64,000 bases of DNA, from assembly GCA_964035545.1 (NCBI GenBank), contig OZ037765.1, forward strand, positions 24,551,504 to 24,615,503, given 5' to 3'. Origin of the DNA: Bugula neritina. Its lineage: Eukaryota > Animalia > Bryozoa. Both the position numbers and the translations under genes were made by a program. A model generated the notes under the pieces. It made no database searches and was not told the origin of the DNA. It was given only the letters and a program-made list of their open reading frames with translations. This document shows positions 41,973 through 57,390 of this stretch, piece after piece (within the stretch, counting starts at the first letter, position 1; the number at the start of each line of letters is the position of its first letter).

Positions 41973-42537
41973 CTATCCTTTACTAGTAGCTCTTTAGTAA
42001 CATAACTGTTCGATATTCACGTATGTAATGTCAACCTGTGGAACTAGCCAGTGTGTCCTATTCAATACCACTGAGCAAAAACAAGGGCACCTTGATAAAT
42101 ATGAAACATATCAAGTGTCTTTTATGTTGTTTTAATTATTGTCCTACTCTAACAATATATTTATGTCATAGAGTTGTAATGTATCTATATATTTTGTTCC
42201 TACTAACTTGTCAACGTTCATTAACCATTTGTTAGTTACAATATTCAAGTACAGAATAAATAAATGAATAGTTTCTATTTTGATATATTTTATTATTTAT
42301 TATAATTAAAAATGCTTGTATAAATTATGCTGTTTAATGCAATGCATAATTCAAGACTGGGCTAAAAAAAATGGTCATATCACAAAAAAATATAATGCAG
42401 CTAAAAATTATGCACATTTTATGCCCCCCCCCTTCCCATAAATATTATGATTTAATAATTTTGTGTATCATATATACTCCTATTTAACATGGAAAATTAT
42501 GGTCATCACAAGAGAGTTTAAGTAATTCTTCATTATA

Positions 42538-45500
42538 CTAATCCCCCATCATCCAAAGCAATCTGCCATCACAATTAATGGTAATGTGATTTTCTATCAC
42601 TTCATTTGAGGTGCTAATTAGTGCCCCATATTCCATAGGTTCACCATCTGTAAAGTTACATGAAAAGCCTAGGTATATACATTTGCTTTCATATTAAATT
42701 GCAAAGTGCTTTGTCAAAATTGGATTGACTGCATTATTCTCACTTAACTAAATGTATAATCTTTACAGCAATATTTTTCATCTAAGATATTTCAGGATAC
42801 ATATATATACCTGTTCCACAAGTTAGGCATGTATACTTAGGTTATTCACTCACCTAGGTTCCACTTGAGTCCAGTTGTTTTGCTCACTACTGGCTCAGAA
42901 ACCGGGACTAGCCCACACCATTTAATCACCTCTAGATCAGATATATAGATGTGATGCTCACCCTACATTAAAAGAATATATAATCAAGTATAAACTAGAA
43001 CATATGTAATTGAAGGTTCAAGTGTAGTAACTAATACAGCATGCAATAGTGTTGGGTTCATATAGCAATATGCTAGAATTTTGAGAAGAGACGCTAAAGA
43101 CGTAGATTTCCACTGCATGGCAATTTTATTATTAAATGGCCATAATTTACTAGAATACTGTTCAAGTTGCACACTTTGGTACCATATAGTCTAGCTAGCA
43201 CTTGAATATTTCTGAGAAATCCTGTACTTGGATGCTCAAGGTTATACACAGAACCCAACCTCTGCATAATTCAGGAAACATAAGTTGGGTTTATTTATTT
43301 TGATTGTATTTACACCAAAAGTGTACTGAGATGACCACAGCACCATTTTTGTATTTGTATTGCAGTTGAATTTTACGCATACAAAATTAAAAGTATTGTG
43401 TGAAAGCTGAAATTTGAACAAAGTTTTTATGTCAAATATTTGACTAGAAGCAAAATTGTATACCTATTCCCTGAACTTTCCTCCCAAAATTTAATGAGCA
43501 ATCAATTATCTGATGTAAAATTTCACATCTGCTCCTCCTTCATATCACAATAAAAAAATCTGCTTGTTTAGTGTGACAAACCTGGTTAGTGTTACTGTGC
43601 TATGCTACAACACTATATGAATCATTAGTGATGTCAAAATGAGCATAATCATAATTCTTAAATCAGGGTCTATCAAAAAGTTAAATAGGTTTCATTGAAT
43701 ACAAAAAACCCAGTGCACTCTGATTTGACAAAGGTACAAGTTCTATGTGCTGTTGATTTAGCAAATAATATTACAGCACAACAAACTATAACTATTGACA
43801 TTATTTACACTCAATGGCAAGCTTTGAATGTAACATCCATTAATGGTTAAATAATAAAAGATTGCTCACAGGGTTAAGAAGAAAGGCTTGCTGATGATTC
43901 CCTATCATATAGATGGGTGAAGGAGTAAACGTCTTGGCTTTAATCAAGGTATTCACATTAGAGAACATGTGATCAAGTCGATGGCCAAATGCTCCAAAGA
44001 CTAAGATTCTGTCCACCTACAGCAATCAACATAGCGTAACATTACAACATGTAATATCTACATACTATAATAGGCTACAAAGCCACATTGCATATCTCTA
44101 ATGCCAACTAGATATACAACTGGGAAGAGATTTCTCTGATTTTCAGTACAAACCAGATCCAGTAACTTATTATTGCTATTAGAGAGTATAGAGCATTGGC
44201 TGGGTAAGTTAGAAAAAATATGCCACCAAAACACCTAAATAGAAATTCTCGAGCCTTTGCCAAATGTTATCCATCAAAAACATTATATAAACTGCATCGT
44301 CTATATATACTGTTACAGGATAACTATGTCAACTCACTTGCATACTCTTAGACTTCAATTCTGAATCAACAATTTGCAGACACTTGAAAAAGTCAGTTTC
44401 ATCCTGATTTGGGGTGTGATGGAAGGAAACTCCCTGCATATATAGAAACATCAACCATACATAATGCAACGCAGTCCTATGAGGAGCTTGAAAAAATGTT
44501 AGAAATGCAACAGGACAAAGTGACAGTATCTTTTACGGAGGCAAACATATTTGTTCAATTGAATAGCATAATTCATAGTGGCATTCTGAAAAATGATAAT
44601 TTAGCACATAATGCTAAACTTCACTAAATTCACTAATTTTTACAGCAAAATTTTCCATTTTACTACAAGCTAAAGAAATTTGCGGCTTTGCTTTTTGGCA
44701 AATAGCTTATTTTAGTAAATAAATTTACAAATTACAAGTCTACAGTTTTTGCCTATAAGAAACAATTGGCAGCTATCAACTAGCTAATCATTTATATCTA
44801 ATGTCAACTGCAGGAACAGACAACTCTAATTTACTTACTTTCGATTTAAAGAAGTCGGCAACATCAGATCTACATGAGTCGAAATCTCCAGTAATGAGAT
44901 GCGGCAAGGCTTGGTTTTCTTTGCCCAACTTATCAAATATAAAATTAGTACCGCCATCGACAGCTACTCTCAAACTTGCTACAAGATAAAATTACCATCC
45001 ACTTGGCATATGCCAAACAATATCTCCCATATCACAACCTCGAATAACTTGACCTACTTTGCTGCCTTTTCTATGGCTGCATCAAAACAACCTGCAAGTT
45101 TTAAATTTAGTTTTGCTTAATAACATGTATTTAATGCTGCATAATAGTTCAACCATTTGCCCAACCTTTTTGATGACTTATATAGTATTTAGAACATCTC
45201 AACAAACAATTTCAACAATTCAGTTTCAACTAAATGCATAAGTATTTAGTAGAGCACTTAATGTATACTCACCTGTATTCCACGCTTTCTTAAAGACTTC
45301 TATGTCTTGATGCTGTTCACCATTTAAAACAATGATAGCATGTGTACCTAAAATAAAGCAATAAGAATAAATGAAACCAGCACGAGATGATTACTAAAAC
45401 TACTATTGAATTTCTTAATGATAAAGATGAGACAGTACAAGTAGTCTGTAATATATAAAGAAAAGCCCAATTTGTTTTGAGAAATAAAAAACAACAGTGC

Positions 45501-46461
45501 CTACTGTGATGTAGCATCTAAAGAGTATACAAGTAGTATCATTCGTACAGCAAGAAATTGATAAACTCTTGCATTTGACAAGTTATAACACCAGAAAAAA
45601 TTATTATCATTAGGACATAATACTGTATGAAAACAAAATTTAAACTCAATGAACCAGAGATACTTAGACTAAATAAAGTACTGATTAGACAATAGGAAAA
45701 ACTAAAAAATGGTTTTCATTATTTGTATACCCTTTAAGCATGGTTATAATATTGTGAGCATAACTGAAAGATGAAAGATTGCCGTGGAACTTGACGAAAC
45801 CCTTTAATAAGCATATACAATTTTGAAAATAAATTTTAAAATTTCAACAATGAAAATCATTTTTAATAAATATATATACCTTGTCTACTTATCTATCCAC
45901 ATGTTGGAATATATAAAAAAAGACAAATATTTCGATAACACCTAAAAGCAAAACATTTCAGTTAAAAATACTATTGATACTACTAACAGTAACTTTAAAT
46001 TATTTTTGTGATCAATATGCACACACTTTTACTTACAATTAAATAACATATAACTATAATTATATTATATACTATTACCACGATTTTACTATTGCAATTA
46101 TGATAACCATTACTAATATGTATCATTTATCATTTTTCTATTAAAATAATGATTATATTTAGCTATGATTATTCACCATAAATATTATCGCTATTGTCAT
46201 TACTATTATTTTATTAAAAGAACATGAATACTTTTTATTCTTGTAATTGGCATTCAGTTAGCTTGAAAATAAATTGAATAATATTTAGCTTACTACTAAT
46301 ACACTGCTTTCACATACGAAAGGAAATCCTTTACCTGAAAAACTACTATCTGTTTTTGGTGAGTCAATTGCATCTGAGTTACTGTGGCAACTTGAAGGAG
46401 AGCCCATTAGATAGATATTAGGATGCCAATGCTGTACATTGCCACAGCCAATACCTTCCAT
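42538..46461 (-). CDS. TPK1: Thiamin pyrophosphokinase 1
   Basis: Seven exons (~46461-46335, 45347-45273, 44978-44839, ~44433-44338, ~44016-43870, ~42962-42854, 42648-42538). Motifs AVDGGTN, LITGDFDS, QDETDFFKC, RLDH, TGLKWNL, ISTSN. Confidence 0.9.
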
Positions 46462-47029
46462 AACAACTTTATTAGAAAGAACACACTTCTACAAAAAGAT
46501 TAAATTTTAATTCATAGCGGCACTACATTAAATTCAATACAGAGAATATACAAACTGCCATCATAACATTAACAATATCACTTGAAGAATTCATTGTAAC
46601 TTTAAGAACAAGTGAGTTAGTAACAGTAGCTAACAATAACAGTAACTCGCTAAGTTCAACTTTAACACTATCATTGTGATTATTTAGCTACTGTGTTAGA
46701 CTTAGTGTAACACCAACAGTAAGTGTAACAGTGACACTAACTTTGACAGTATAACTATAAGTATCAAATTTGTATTATTATCATATTTATATTATCATAC
46801 TCATACTCATACTGCCATAGTGATAGCCATACTTTCACTGATATAATTACTGTTAGTATTACTAACAATTATGAGTATCAAGATAAATATCATGATCATT
46901 TAATATAAATCTGAACATCAATAAAATATCAATATGAGTAACATTTAGACTTAGAGCTAGTCTTATGAATATGATTTGAGACTCAGACTTTGTATCTGTA
47001 TCTGTGTTGAGTCTCTAGACACTCAAGAG

Positions 47030-47245
47030 GAAAGAGGAGACCTTCACAGAGGAGTGTTATGAAGGCGTGACTTCAGAGATTCTAAGGTCTCGTATTGTCT
47101 TAGGAAGGAAACTATTAAAGTATATGTTAGAATTTGTTAGTAGTGAATGAGGCATATGTCTGCACATGCTACGTGTTAGCATAGATGGACAATTTGTTAG
47201 TTCTTGGAAGGTATTATTAAATTTAATGTAGTGGTACGAGCAACG
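47030..47245 (-). mobile_element. 3' fragment of a CR1/L2-type LINE
   Basis: YFNSFLPKTIRDL resembles the C-terminal SFFPRTIRDWN motif of LINE ORF2. Confidence 0.5.
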
Positions 47246-47559
47246 ACTTAGAGTCAGTATGAGTATCAGCATCACCATCAGTATAAGTTAGAGTACAAGT
47301 ATAACTATGAATATGACCATCATTATAGTTACACTTACATTATCACAGTCAGTTTCATTCTCACATTCAGTTTCACTCACTCTCAGTCTGAGTCTCAGTG
47401 ATTCACACATTGACATTCTGCCATTTTGATTCAGTATCAGTATGAGTATGAGCAAGTCACAAAGTGATTGAAGTATTATTGCAATACTTAATAAATTGAT
47501 GCTATTTGTGACACAAAATTTAATTTTGGGGATTAGCTCACATTTCAAATTTAGGATGG

Positions 47560-47920
47560 TGCTAAATTTAATTCTTTACAATCGGGTCATAGAATTTATA
47601 AAAATCATAAAAAATAATATCGCAATCGCGGGGTATTGGCCTTGACCGTGCTTCAATATACTTTTAATCACTGAGCTGGAACAGACTAATAATTATTGAG
47701 TTCATTGCTTTTAATAATCATTGTACAACGCTAATAGGCCGTTTTGTGTAGAAGCAAAAACATCTTACATGAAGAACTTGTGCTAATTTTACACACATGA
47801 ATTTCGCTAGGAAAGCACCAACATAATTATTATATTTTTATATCTAGGACTAGTCTCTAGCTGGTCAGTGACTGACTACAAATACATGTTTGGCAGACGC
47901 TAGGGTTTATAAATATTGCA
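47560..47920. promoter_or_regulatory. Probable bidirectional promoter TPK1/DTWD1
   Basis: CpG-containing unique island between head-to-head genes, flanked on both sides by periodic low-complexity tracts. Confidence 0.5.
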
Positions 47921-49401
47921 TCTGTATGTTACAGACTTGCAGTCATATAAGTTCTAGTATACCTGCACCGATATACTGATGTGTTACCACAATACATAGT
48001 CAATGTCAATGTCATACTCATAGTCATAGTGATAGTATCACTAATACAGTAATACTATTAAATAAATATAATTACTATTACTAATAGTAATTATATTTAT
48101 TATAATTGTTGTTAATATTATGGATATCATTAGACATTATGATTATAATTACAATAAAGTGATTATGGGTTTATCATTGTGATTATGATTGTCATTATAT
48201 TCTGATAATGATTATTATTAATATTAGCAATATTATAAAGGCGTTTAAATCTAGGTTTGTAATTATTCATTTACATTTTGATTGTAATTATTATTATGAT
48301 TAATTATTATTTTATAATAATCCTATAATTAAATCAAATGATGAATGAATTTAAAGATAATGATCATCTGCTAGTAGTAGTACTTCTATTAAAAATATGT
48401 TCTTTATCAAGGTTATCATTATGATTATTATGATAATTACCATTGTGATTATTTATTTATCATTAATTGATACATGGTGAATAATATTCACTTATTGTTA
48501 TGTTGTAAATAGAGTTAGACCTTGGGGTTTACAGATATGCTAAGTAGTGGTATCCCATGCTAATATACTAACAGACAACAGTAAATTAATACGACACAAA
48601 GTAAAACTATTCATGCAATTATATTTTAAACATATATTAGTGTGTATATGTATGTACATTGTATAGTGTGTAACTGTATTCTATGTAATGGCATGTATAC
48701 TTTATGTTGGTATTATTATTGTACTAACAGGTAGTATTGTTTATAGAAGCTTCTCCTCTTTAGTCACATCTGATCAGGACAGACTCCAATACAAAAGAGA
48801 TAAGGCATTTAGTTCTAAAGCTGCTACGTCAGTTCAGAAGGCTCTCTTCTTAATTACCCATTATAGCTAGATCGATACTTGACATAAAGGTAAGATAAGC
48901 GAAAGTGTCAATAAAATGTTGTAATCCATAGGCTAGAAGTTCATGTTACAGTGTGCCTTGTACTAAGGTCCATGTGTTCACATATGGGAAAGTTTGTATG
49001 CCGTTAATATACTAATTATTTATATCACTTCTGGCAATTGACTGTATGTCCAGTATCATGAAACATAGCCTCTACATGTGTCTATATGATATTATTATTA
49101 TGATACACTATGTATGGAAATAACAATGTGAGCATTCAATGCTAGACAATATTGAGCCCTTACTAACACTGCGATGTATTATATATTACTGTCAGTTATA
49201 ATATGATGCTTGCATTTTAAACTCTGTCTTTAACCAAAATATCAAACTACGTTCGACTACATTTAATTGAAATTTGAGTAGCCATACTACTTTTTGGTGT
49301 ATGTATATAATGTGCTTATGTTTCATTGCATTGTGGCAACTAGTTTAATATTGCTTATGACTTTATAATACTATGCCATTTTTCAATTTATTCAGGGCTT
49401 G

Positions 49402-50968
49402 ATGGATGAAAATCCATTCCCTGATTTATTCACACATGATGTTAGCATTATGGATATGGCTAAACAGAGAGTTACGTGTCCAGATTGTGGTAGAAAAAGA
49501 ATGTACTTCTGCTACTCCTGCCGCATGTATGTCAACAACCTTCAAACAGTCATGCCTAAAGTTGAGGTAATTATTTTGTTGTAGCCGCTTCAAAATTTTG
49601 TGTATGGGTATATGCTTTGGTGATTGAATTCTATATAGCTTACTGCTTTTTAACTTGAATATTTTCTTGCAAAATAACTCAAATTGTGTTAATATTGTTA
49701 GCATTTTTTCCAAGTAAAGTGTTGATCAACTACTTATATTTTGTATTACTTAATATATAGCCATCACTCTGAGTAAAAATAAAATTCTGATTTATTGATA
49801 CAGCTCAATACTCTATCAACATTGAATATATTTTAGCTGCCAGTACAGATTCACATTATTAAGCATACAAAAGAATTGGATAGTAAAAGCACGGCTGTCC
49901 ATGCTGCTTTGTTAGCTCCAACCCATTGTCACATTTACAGTTACCCGGATATACCTGAATATAATTCAGAAAGTGTAAGTAAAAGGTTGTTCAAGTTTCT
50001 TTTGATAGACTCAACTCTGTTTTCTTTTTCACCTATGTTATCTAGAATGAAGAGTTAACATTGAAATCAAAAGAGTATTACTTTCTTATATACTGATGGA
50101 CAATGTTAGGAGTTTACTCTCTAACTTATTCTTTCACCATAGTGAGCTTTTGAAGTAGCAATGGACTTATTATGATAGGGCTATACATGAAAATGTTGTG
50201 CAGCTATATGTTGTATTTATCTCTATGTTGTATGTGTTCAAGTGTTTAGAAGACAAATGTACTATTCTGACATTACTTGTATAACATAATCTTTTTTTGA
50301 AAGTATGTAAATTCAAGCCAGTCTGCTTGAGTAAAATGAAAAGTTAAAATTTATAAGTCTTTCGTAATGTCAACCAGCTTGAATTCATGATTATGGTTTG
50401 ATTTGTTGTTCACTAAGAATTTCTGTATACAGGATGTTGTGGTGTATCCATCTGAAGACTCAATGACAGTTGCAGACTGGGCTAAGTCATGGTCTTCTAG
50501 CTCTACAGCTGTTGACACTCCTGGATATCAACAACAACAACCAGCTGTGAGAACAATTATTTTTATTGACTGTACGTGGACACAAACTCACTCCATCATT
50601 TCATCTCCACAGCTCTCTGGTATGACTCCATCACTTTTACCAATCATAGCATCCTGCATCATTATTAGTAATGCTGTATAATATATGGTGTTGTTACACT
50701 GTAGCTTCATGTTGCAGGGCTCGTTAGAATATCCATGTGCGACTATCATACACAGTTCTGGAGGCCAAATGGCGCAAAGAGAGGAACTACTTATTTGTCT
50801 ACTATTGAAGCCATATATTTCTTTCTTCGGGAATATCATACAACTTATCTAAATCTTCCATATGATGCTGAGTATGACAACCTTCTCATGATATTTAAAT
50901 TTATGTTTTTAAAAATTAAAAAGTTTCATAATGGAGGAGATAATCTTAAAGCTTATAGACAAAAGTGA
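49402..50968 (+). CDS. DTWD1: DTW domain protein 1 (tRNA-uridine aminocarboxypropyltransferase)
   Basis: Exons 49402-49566, 49837-49974, 50433-50619, 50718-50968. Motifs CPDC..RMYFCYSC, KSTAVHA, FIDCTW (DXTW), TQFWR, LSTIEA, YDNLL. Confidence 0.92.
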
Positions 50969-52033
50969 AACAGCTGCACACCTTGTGAGTACCTGTGTAG
51001 ATTTATAATATGTTATTATTTTATATTTATGTATTTTTAAATATAAATATTAAACAACTAAAATTTTGCTTATGCTTACTTTTCTATTATTTTCTCGAAA
51101 AGATGCTCATCAATGAGAAGTGTGATGATTATTCTTATTGTCTTACCACAAGTTTAAATTATTACTAAGCAGTTATTCGAGAGCACAACTGTAAACTAAA
51201 GCAAGTTAGCCACAGTAATGTACCATAAGGCGTAGCGTGTAGGTGTGCTGTGCAACTGTAGATATGTGTATATATGTGATTCGAGATTGTGCAAAACTAT
51301 GTATAATGTGATATATTGAGAATTATTACATTAGAAAGTTCAGCCTAGAGGTCAGGGTTGTGGATCACAGTCATATAATCTAGAAACCTTGCATCCTCTA
51401 CAGCCAACCAACATAGCGCATGGAATGTCTTAATATTACAGAGCGAGATAAGAACAGAAGTTTACCTCGCAGCCAAGCAAAAGCAATGATACACCAACCC
51501 CTCTACACTAAACTTGTGAGATAATTGAACGCAATATAAATTATACAAAATCCCAATATATCACCAACACAATATTAGGGAATTTTCTTACTTTAATTAC
51601 AATTTGGATGAGACATTATTTGTAACATTCCTAGATTTAGTTAACTTGTCTTAGTTAATATAGCTGAACAATGTAAATGTAATTGAAAAAACTCCACAAT
51701 TACTACAGTTGTAGGTAAAAGAAGATTTTTTTGTCCACAATTTCTGTGGTTACTTCATGTCACCTTAGTAATAAATGATGAGCAAATTTTAATATTGATT
51801 TATACAAGTATATTGACATGATATTTACAAGTCACAATCTATTTAAGAGCACATCTGCATAAATATGAGTAGTGAAGCCTGAATAATATAAAATCCAGCT
51901 CATTTAAAATAAATGAGAATGACAATAGAATTAATATAATGCGTTGTAATATTAGTTTACAAGAATTGGTATAATGTAGTCAATAAGAAAGTCAAATTAG
52001 TAGATAATTTATGATCTGAGAGATAAAAACAAG

Positions 52034-55000
52034 TTAATAATAAGGGCGGTTGTCTCGAGGGTACTGATTTCTCACAGGGTTTATATTATGGGAACCTGGT
52101 AGGACTGCTCGTGGAGGTGGTGGAGCTCTAGAACTCGAGTGTGATGGATTTGTTGGGTGCATCGGGTACGATGGCACGCTGGCCACAATACCACCTGTGA
52201 GAAAAACCAGTTTTAGTAAATGGTGCATATAACAACCTAATGGAGCAACTATGTGTTTTGTAGAGAAAACAATAAAATATAATACTTCGCCTCAAGCATA
52301 TCAATTTAATTTCAAATTTAAAGATTATTTCATTTATGAGATTTCGTACATCAGCAAGCATTGATTTATGACTTGAAATTGCTAGCAGAACTAAATAACA
52401 CAATTTATTTCAGTGCTATTCAAATTTTTTATGCTACAAAACGTTGAAGCTGACCTCTGTATGCAAACATAATATTGTCTTAATATTGAAGCTTATGCAA
52501 GCACTTTACCTTTTGTGGGGTTCAAAGCACGCCTTGGTGCTGTCAGCTGGGGCCCTCTAGAGTTATCTGCGACATTATGTGGGTGAACTTGACCTATATT
52601 GTGACCTAAAATTTGGAAAACATGAGCATTATTATAGTAAATATTAATCTAGAATTTTCATTACAGCTACAACCAACTCGAGTTGCAATCAAAGATCTAT
52701 AATTATGCTTTATAGAAGATCAACACTAAGACTACTCATGCCACTCCAATAAAATGTCACAACACACATATTGAACATTCAAACTTGCACACAGCATGAC
52801 TACCATTGCATTACTAACGGTTAGGGTAGTTGTCAGATGAAGACTTTTGAATAGCAGCTTGTGACTGAAGCTTCACCATCGACTTATTGCTACCTTGAGG
52901 TTGATGGTGAGGATATGGGGAGTAAGATTCCTGGCCAGGTGGTTGGTATTTGCCACCTCCATAAATATTGCCTGCAGGATTATTCTATAAAAACATATAC
53001 CTGCTGTAATCATATGAGTAATAATCCTCTGACACTTGGCTAATCGTACATCTTTCAGGGAAAATATTCATTTAGCCATTCAAGACAGTTGCATATTATT
53101 AGAGCTAGATATACTAGTGTCGTCTCAATCCACAGCCAAATCAAAAACCGGTGAAGGTACATTTCACTCACACTTAGTTAGAATTTGATAGGAATAAGTT
53201 TGAATGATTAGACATGGCCATCTTATGCAATCCATTACTTACAGAGTGTACTTGATGTCCAATAAGAACTAGCAGTCTACGTCAGTACTAACTTCTATTT
53301 TATAACCTCTTAAATAAATACATGTATTCAAAACCCAAAATCGCCATAAATTTTTTTAAATCAACCAAAGGGAAATTGTAAATAAAACCTAAAAAAATGA
53401 AAGTGCATTTTATCATAACATTTCTTAAATCTATTCTAAATATATAACCAGAGTTGGAAGACTCGTAGTAAATAATTATGGTAATATAACTTGTAGACAC
53501 ATAATTATGGGTTTCAATTATTCATTTATTTGACAAGAGTAAGTAGCTTCAAGAACACTCTCAAGTGCTGATGAATTACATTAGAATACTGTCTAATAAT
53601 TTCACACAAATGCAGTTACACAGGTTAGTTGACGCGAAAAATTGTATGGATATACAAGATCGTTTGGCACAGTAAAAAGATATATGCTCCATACTGTTAA
53701 AAGTAATGCAGTATTGAGAATAAGTAATGAGAAAAATCAAAAGTTTAGTTCACAATACCTGATGAAACTGGAAAACATTAGCCCCGCCAACATTAGGTGC
53801 TGGTGAAGGACTCCGGCGTTTTACAGAGCTGGTAGTTGGTGGGGGTGCAGTGTTATGGCCAGATGCAGAAGGCTAAAAATAAAGCCAGGTTTTGTCTATG
53901 AACAACAGATAAATTCTGTGATATACAAACTAGAAAACAACAGTATTTATACTGCATTTGTGGTCAAACCTGTGGCAAAACATGGTGAGGAGCATGTTTA
54001 AACATTACAGGTCGACCCATATGTCCAGTACCACTAAGAAAATGTATAGCAGGATTAGGCGCTCCTGATTGACCACCAGTCAAATATAGCTGAGTTTCAT
54101 GCTTCTTTTCATTGACTTTCTTAGTGTTTTCGGTTTCTAATATCCGTTTCAGCTGAGCAAACAATTTAGACTTTTCCTGTATCAAATACATCAGATATTA
54201 TAGTACTAAGACACAGAATAAACAAAACGTATATCTATCAAAAAACATTCTAACTGTTTTAATCACAAATTGTAATTATTCATCAAATACTTGTGTTACA
54301 TTTTCCAACAATATTGAAGAGACTTCAATAGTTGCTTACTGCCTGTCATCACTAAAAGTTCTGAAGAGTTACTCAAACGTAAATACGTGTGCACCAAAAA
54401 CGTATTTTATATTAAAGGAAAGGAAATAAAAGCATTCTTTAAAGTTTCAAAAACACTTTGTTTGATATTATTGTGGAAAGTATCTTTACAGTGTAAAAAA
54501 CGCTATGTATCGAACAAACGGTGCAAGTTGGCAGAAAATCTTTCGTAAACAATGAATTATAAACACCGTTTATTTTATTAAGCATATGTGTACAGAACTG
54601 TATCAATGAAAGATAAAATTCTCCCCAATGTAATTGAACTACCTTCCGAAGATCTTCTAATTGTTTTTCTAATCTAATAAGTTCATCTTTTGTTCGTTGA
54701 AGAGAATTTTTGTTTTCATTTTCCAACTTTTTTCTTCTTTCTACTTCCTTTCTTTGTCTTTCCAGAGCTAAATCAGCTTCCTTTTTTAAAATAAGAGAGC
54801 AATACTTTTAATAAAATTGAGGTTCTAGACATTACAATCTACTATCAGATTTTCATATTTCACCTGACAAAATTACCCATTAATAGTAGACAAAGTTGCC
54901 AACTATTGTACAACCTTTACAATTGTTAGTACCAAAATTCAAATGCCCAATACTTGGTAAGCAAATTATTTTTAAAAACTAAAAAATAATATTTAGTCAC

Positions 55001-55313
55001 ATCATAAACTGTCAAGAAAAATAAACAATGGAAATCAATTTTAAACTGCTAATTTTAGAACATAACTAATTTAATTATTGATGTATATCGATAATTGTTC
55101 GGTTATATACAGAAGAAACCCCTAAGTTTTAATTTCAGTAGGGTGAAGAAAACTTATATGTAGCAAGTAAGCAAGTAAGCAAGTAGCAATGTTGTAATGC
55201 AGGCTTTGCGATACCTGTTCTAATTTTCGTTTTTCTCTTTCTCGCAATATATGCCGTTTTAAAGCCTGATACGTAGTGCGAGTCATTTTTCTTCTTTCTA
55301 TAAGAGCTGGCAT
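52034..55313 (-). CDS. GPS2: G protein pathway suppressor 2
   Basis: MPALIERRKM..ALKRHILRERE and EKSKLFAQLKRILE match the GPS2 N-terminal coiled coil. Exons 55313-55215, 54780-54643, 54176-53970; four further Pro/Gln-rich exons are approximate (~53872-53759, ~52999-52894, ~52605-52510, ~52194-52034). Confidence 0.85.
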
Positions 55314-56219
55314 GATGTTTGCTATAAAGAAAATTAATATTACAGATGAAAAATAACCCCTGAAATAAAAGTTACAGTTACGATTTTGAATCTTGCAATA
55401 ATTGTAATTAAAGTTTATCTTTCATAAAGTACAATTAATAAATGACAAATTTTAAGGCAAAGAGATTAGTTGAATGTTTGAACGATCAGATCGACCTGTA
55501 CATATATTCATATTCATGTTGTCTTTGATATTGATATATCATAGCCGTCATATAAGCCATAGCTATACTCATGGAGTCATGTTTTATAATTCATATTTAT
55601 TATTAATTTGAATATTATAATTATTACTACTATTGGTGTTTCTATTATTATAACTATAACTATAAGTATAAGTATAAGTGTAAGAATTACAAAATCATCA
55701 GCATTAGCCTACTATGACTATCAAAATCACTGTGATTAAGATTACCACAGTCTCTATCACCATCAGCATCACTCTAATTATATGAGCATGACTATCACTA
55801 TGACATTACTATGAGTATGACTATGACTATGAGTAACTCAGTATCAGTATCGCTGACAGTGAGTGTGACTGCAATTATCACATTCATTCATCACTGTGCA
55901 GTGTAACACTAACTGTATGTAAACATCAAACTCAAAGCTAATGTCACTCAAAGTCAACTGTCAATGTTACTGCGAAACTGAATGTCTCAAAGTCAATCTC
56001 AATCTAAATCTGCGACAGTGTGAGACTGAGTGACACTGGCCGTGACTCAGACTGTGAGTTTGTCATTTTGATTTTATTTCTTTTTAGCTTTTAAAACTTT
56101 TGTGACTCCATCAAATACTAAATTTATTACCAATAGTAATACTTACACTAGTTACTTCCAATATTTTACAGTTAACTGCTAATTTATAGTAACAATACCA
56201 GTTTTACCATTACTAATAA

Positions 56220-56700
56220 AACATCGATATCGTAACTAGAATAAATTCGACCTTCAAAAGTTAGGTTGGCGTTAAAATGTAGAACTTTTCTTGAATCACA
56301 AAACAGTTAGTTAGCCGTTTTTCACTAAACATCAGAGCAATTTGGGGGAAAACACGAAGGTCATTGTCAAAGTGCACTTTCTATGTTGAAACACCGAGGC
56401 TATAGAGTATTGTTTCCACGCCTTTGGCATAGAGTTGTCTCACCTAATAATTTTATGAATCTGCAGTGGAAGCAGCTCTTCAAGTTCATTCCTTTGCATG
56501 GAAGTCGTCAAAAGAAGACTTTTTATTTTAATAATAACTAATAGTAATAGTAACACTGTGTAACCACGGTAAACTTCACGTCTCACCATTAACGGATTAA
56601 TTTTATTACTTTATAGTCATTGTCTTAACTCACCTCGTAGAAAAGAAGCTCTGTTGCCTGTTGCACTTTGACATCAATTTTTAATTTGCCTGAGGCTTGG
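56220..56700. promoter_or_regulatory. Probable bidirectional promoter GPS2/PIG-L
   Basis: Unique island between head-to-head genes, flanked by periodic tracts. Confidence 0.5.
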
Positions 56701-56775
56701 GTTTACTTTGGGTTTAGGGCTAGTCATACTAATACTAAATTAAAATTTAATACCAATACTAATAGTAATACTATT

Positions 56776-57390
56776 CCCCCTCTCTCTCTTGCAGTCAGTC
56801 GATACGACTATGACTGTTTTATGGATTAGGCTTAAATTTGGTTGCAGCTCTCCACGCAGCTCTGTTGTCAGCTGTCTGCTGCCATGAACTCAAGTTTATT
56901 GCTCTCCATTTCATATTCCTCTTAGCAACATCTTTAAGTCTGAGTCTAGGTCGCCCTGTATTTCTTTTACCCTCTTTCAGCTGAGAGTAGAGCAATTGTC
57001 TTGGTAGCCGGCTATGTTCCATCCTGTGCACATGGCCTAGCCATCTCAAGTTCTTTTCTATAAGGATGTCGGCCATGCTTGGCAAATTGGCACGTCTTAA
57101 TATTTCTTCATTCGTAACTTTGTCATACCATTTTACAGCCATTATGTCTCTCAGTTGCCTCATCATGAAAGCGCTTAGCTTCTTCACCTGTGTCCTGTAT
57201 ATTGTCCATGTTTCTGCTCCATACAGCAGGCTTGAGAGCACCACCGCTCTGTAGACTTTACACTTTACCCTGATGGATACATGTCTGTTGTTCCAGAGTC
57301 TCTGCTGTAGCTTACCGTAAGCCGCACTTGCTTTGCCTAGTCTGTTCCGTAGCTCTTTATCTATTTTTGCCGTACAGGAAACAATGCTAT
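56776..57390 (-). mobile_element. 5'-truncated RTE-clade LINE
   Basis: LLYGAETW, VTNEEIL, LRWLGHVHRM, RLPRQLLY and GRPRLR are typical of the RTE ORF C-terminus; short (GA)-rich tail. Confidence 0.88.
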
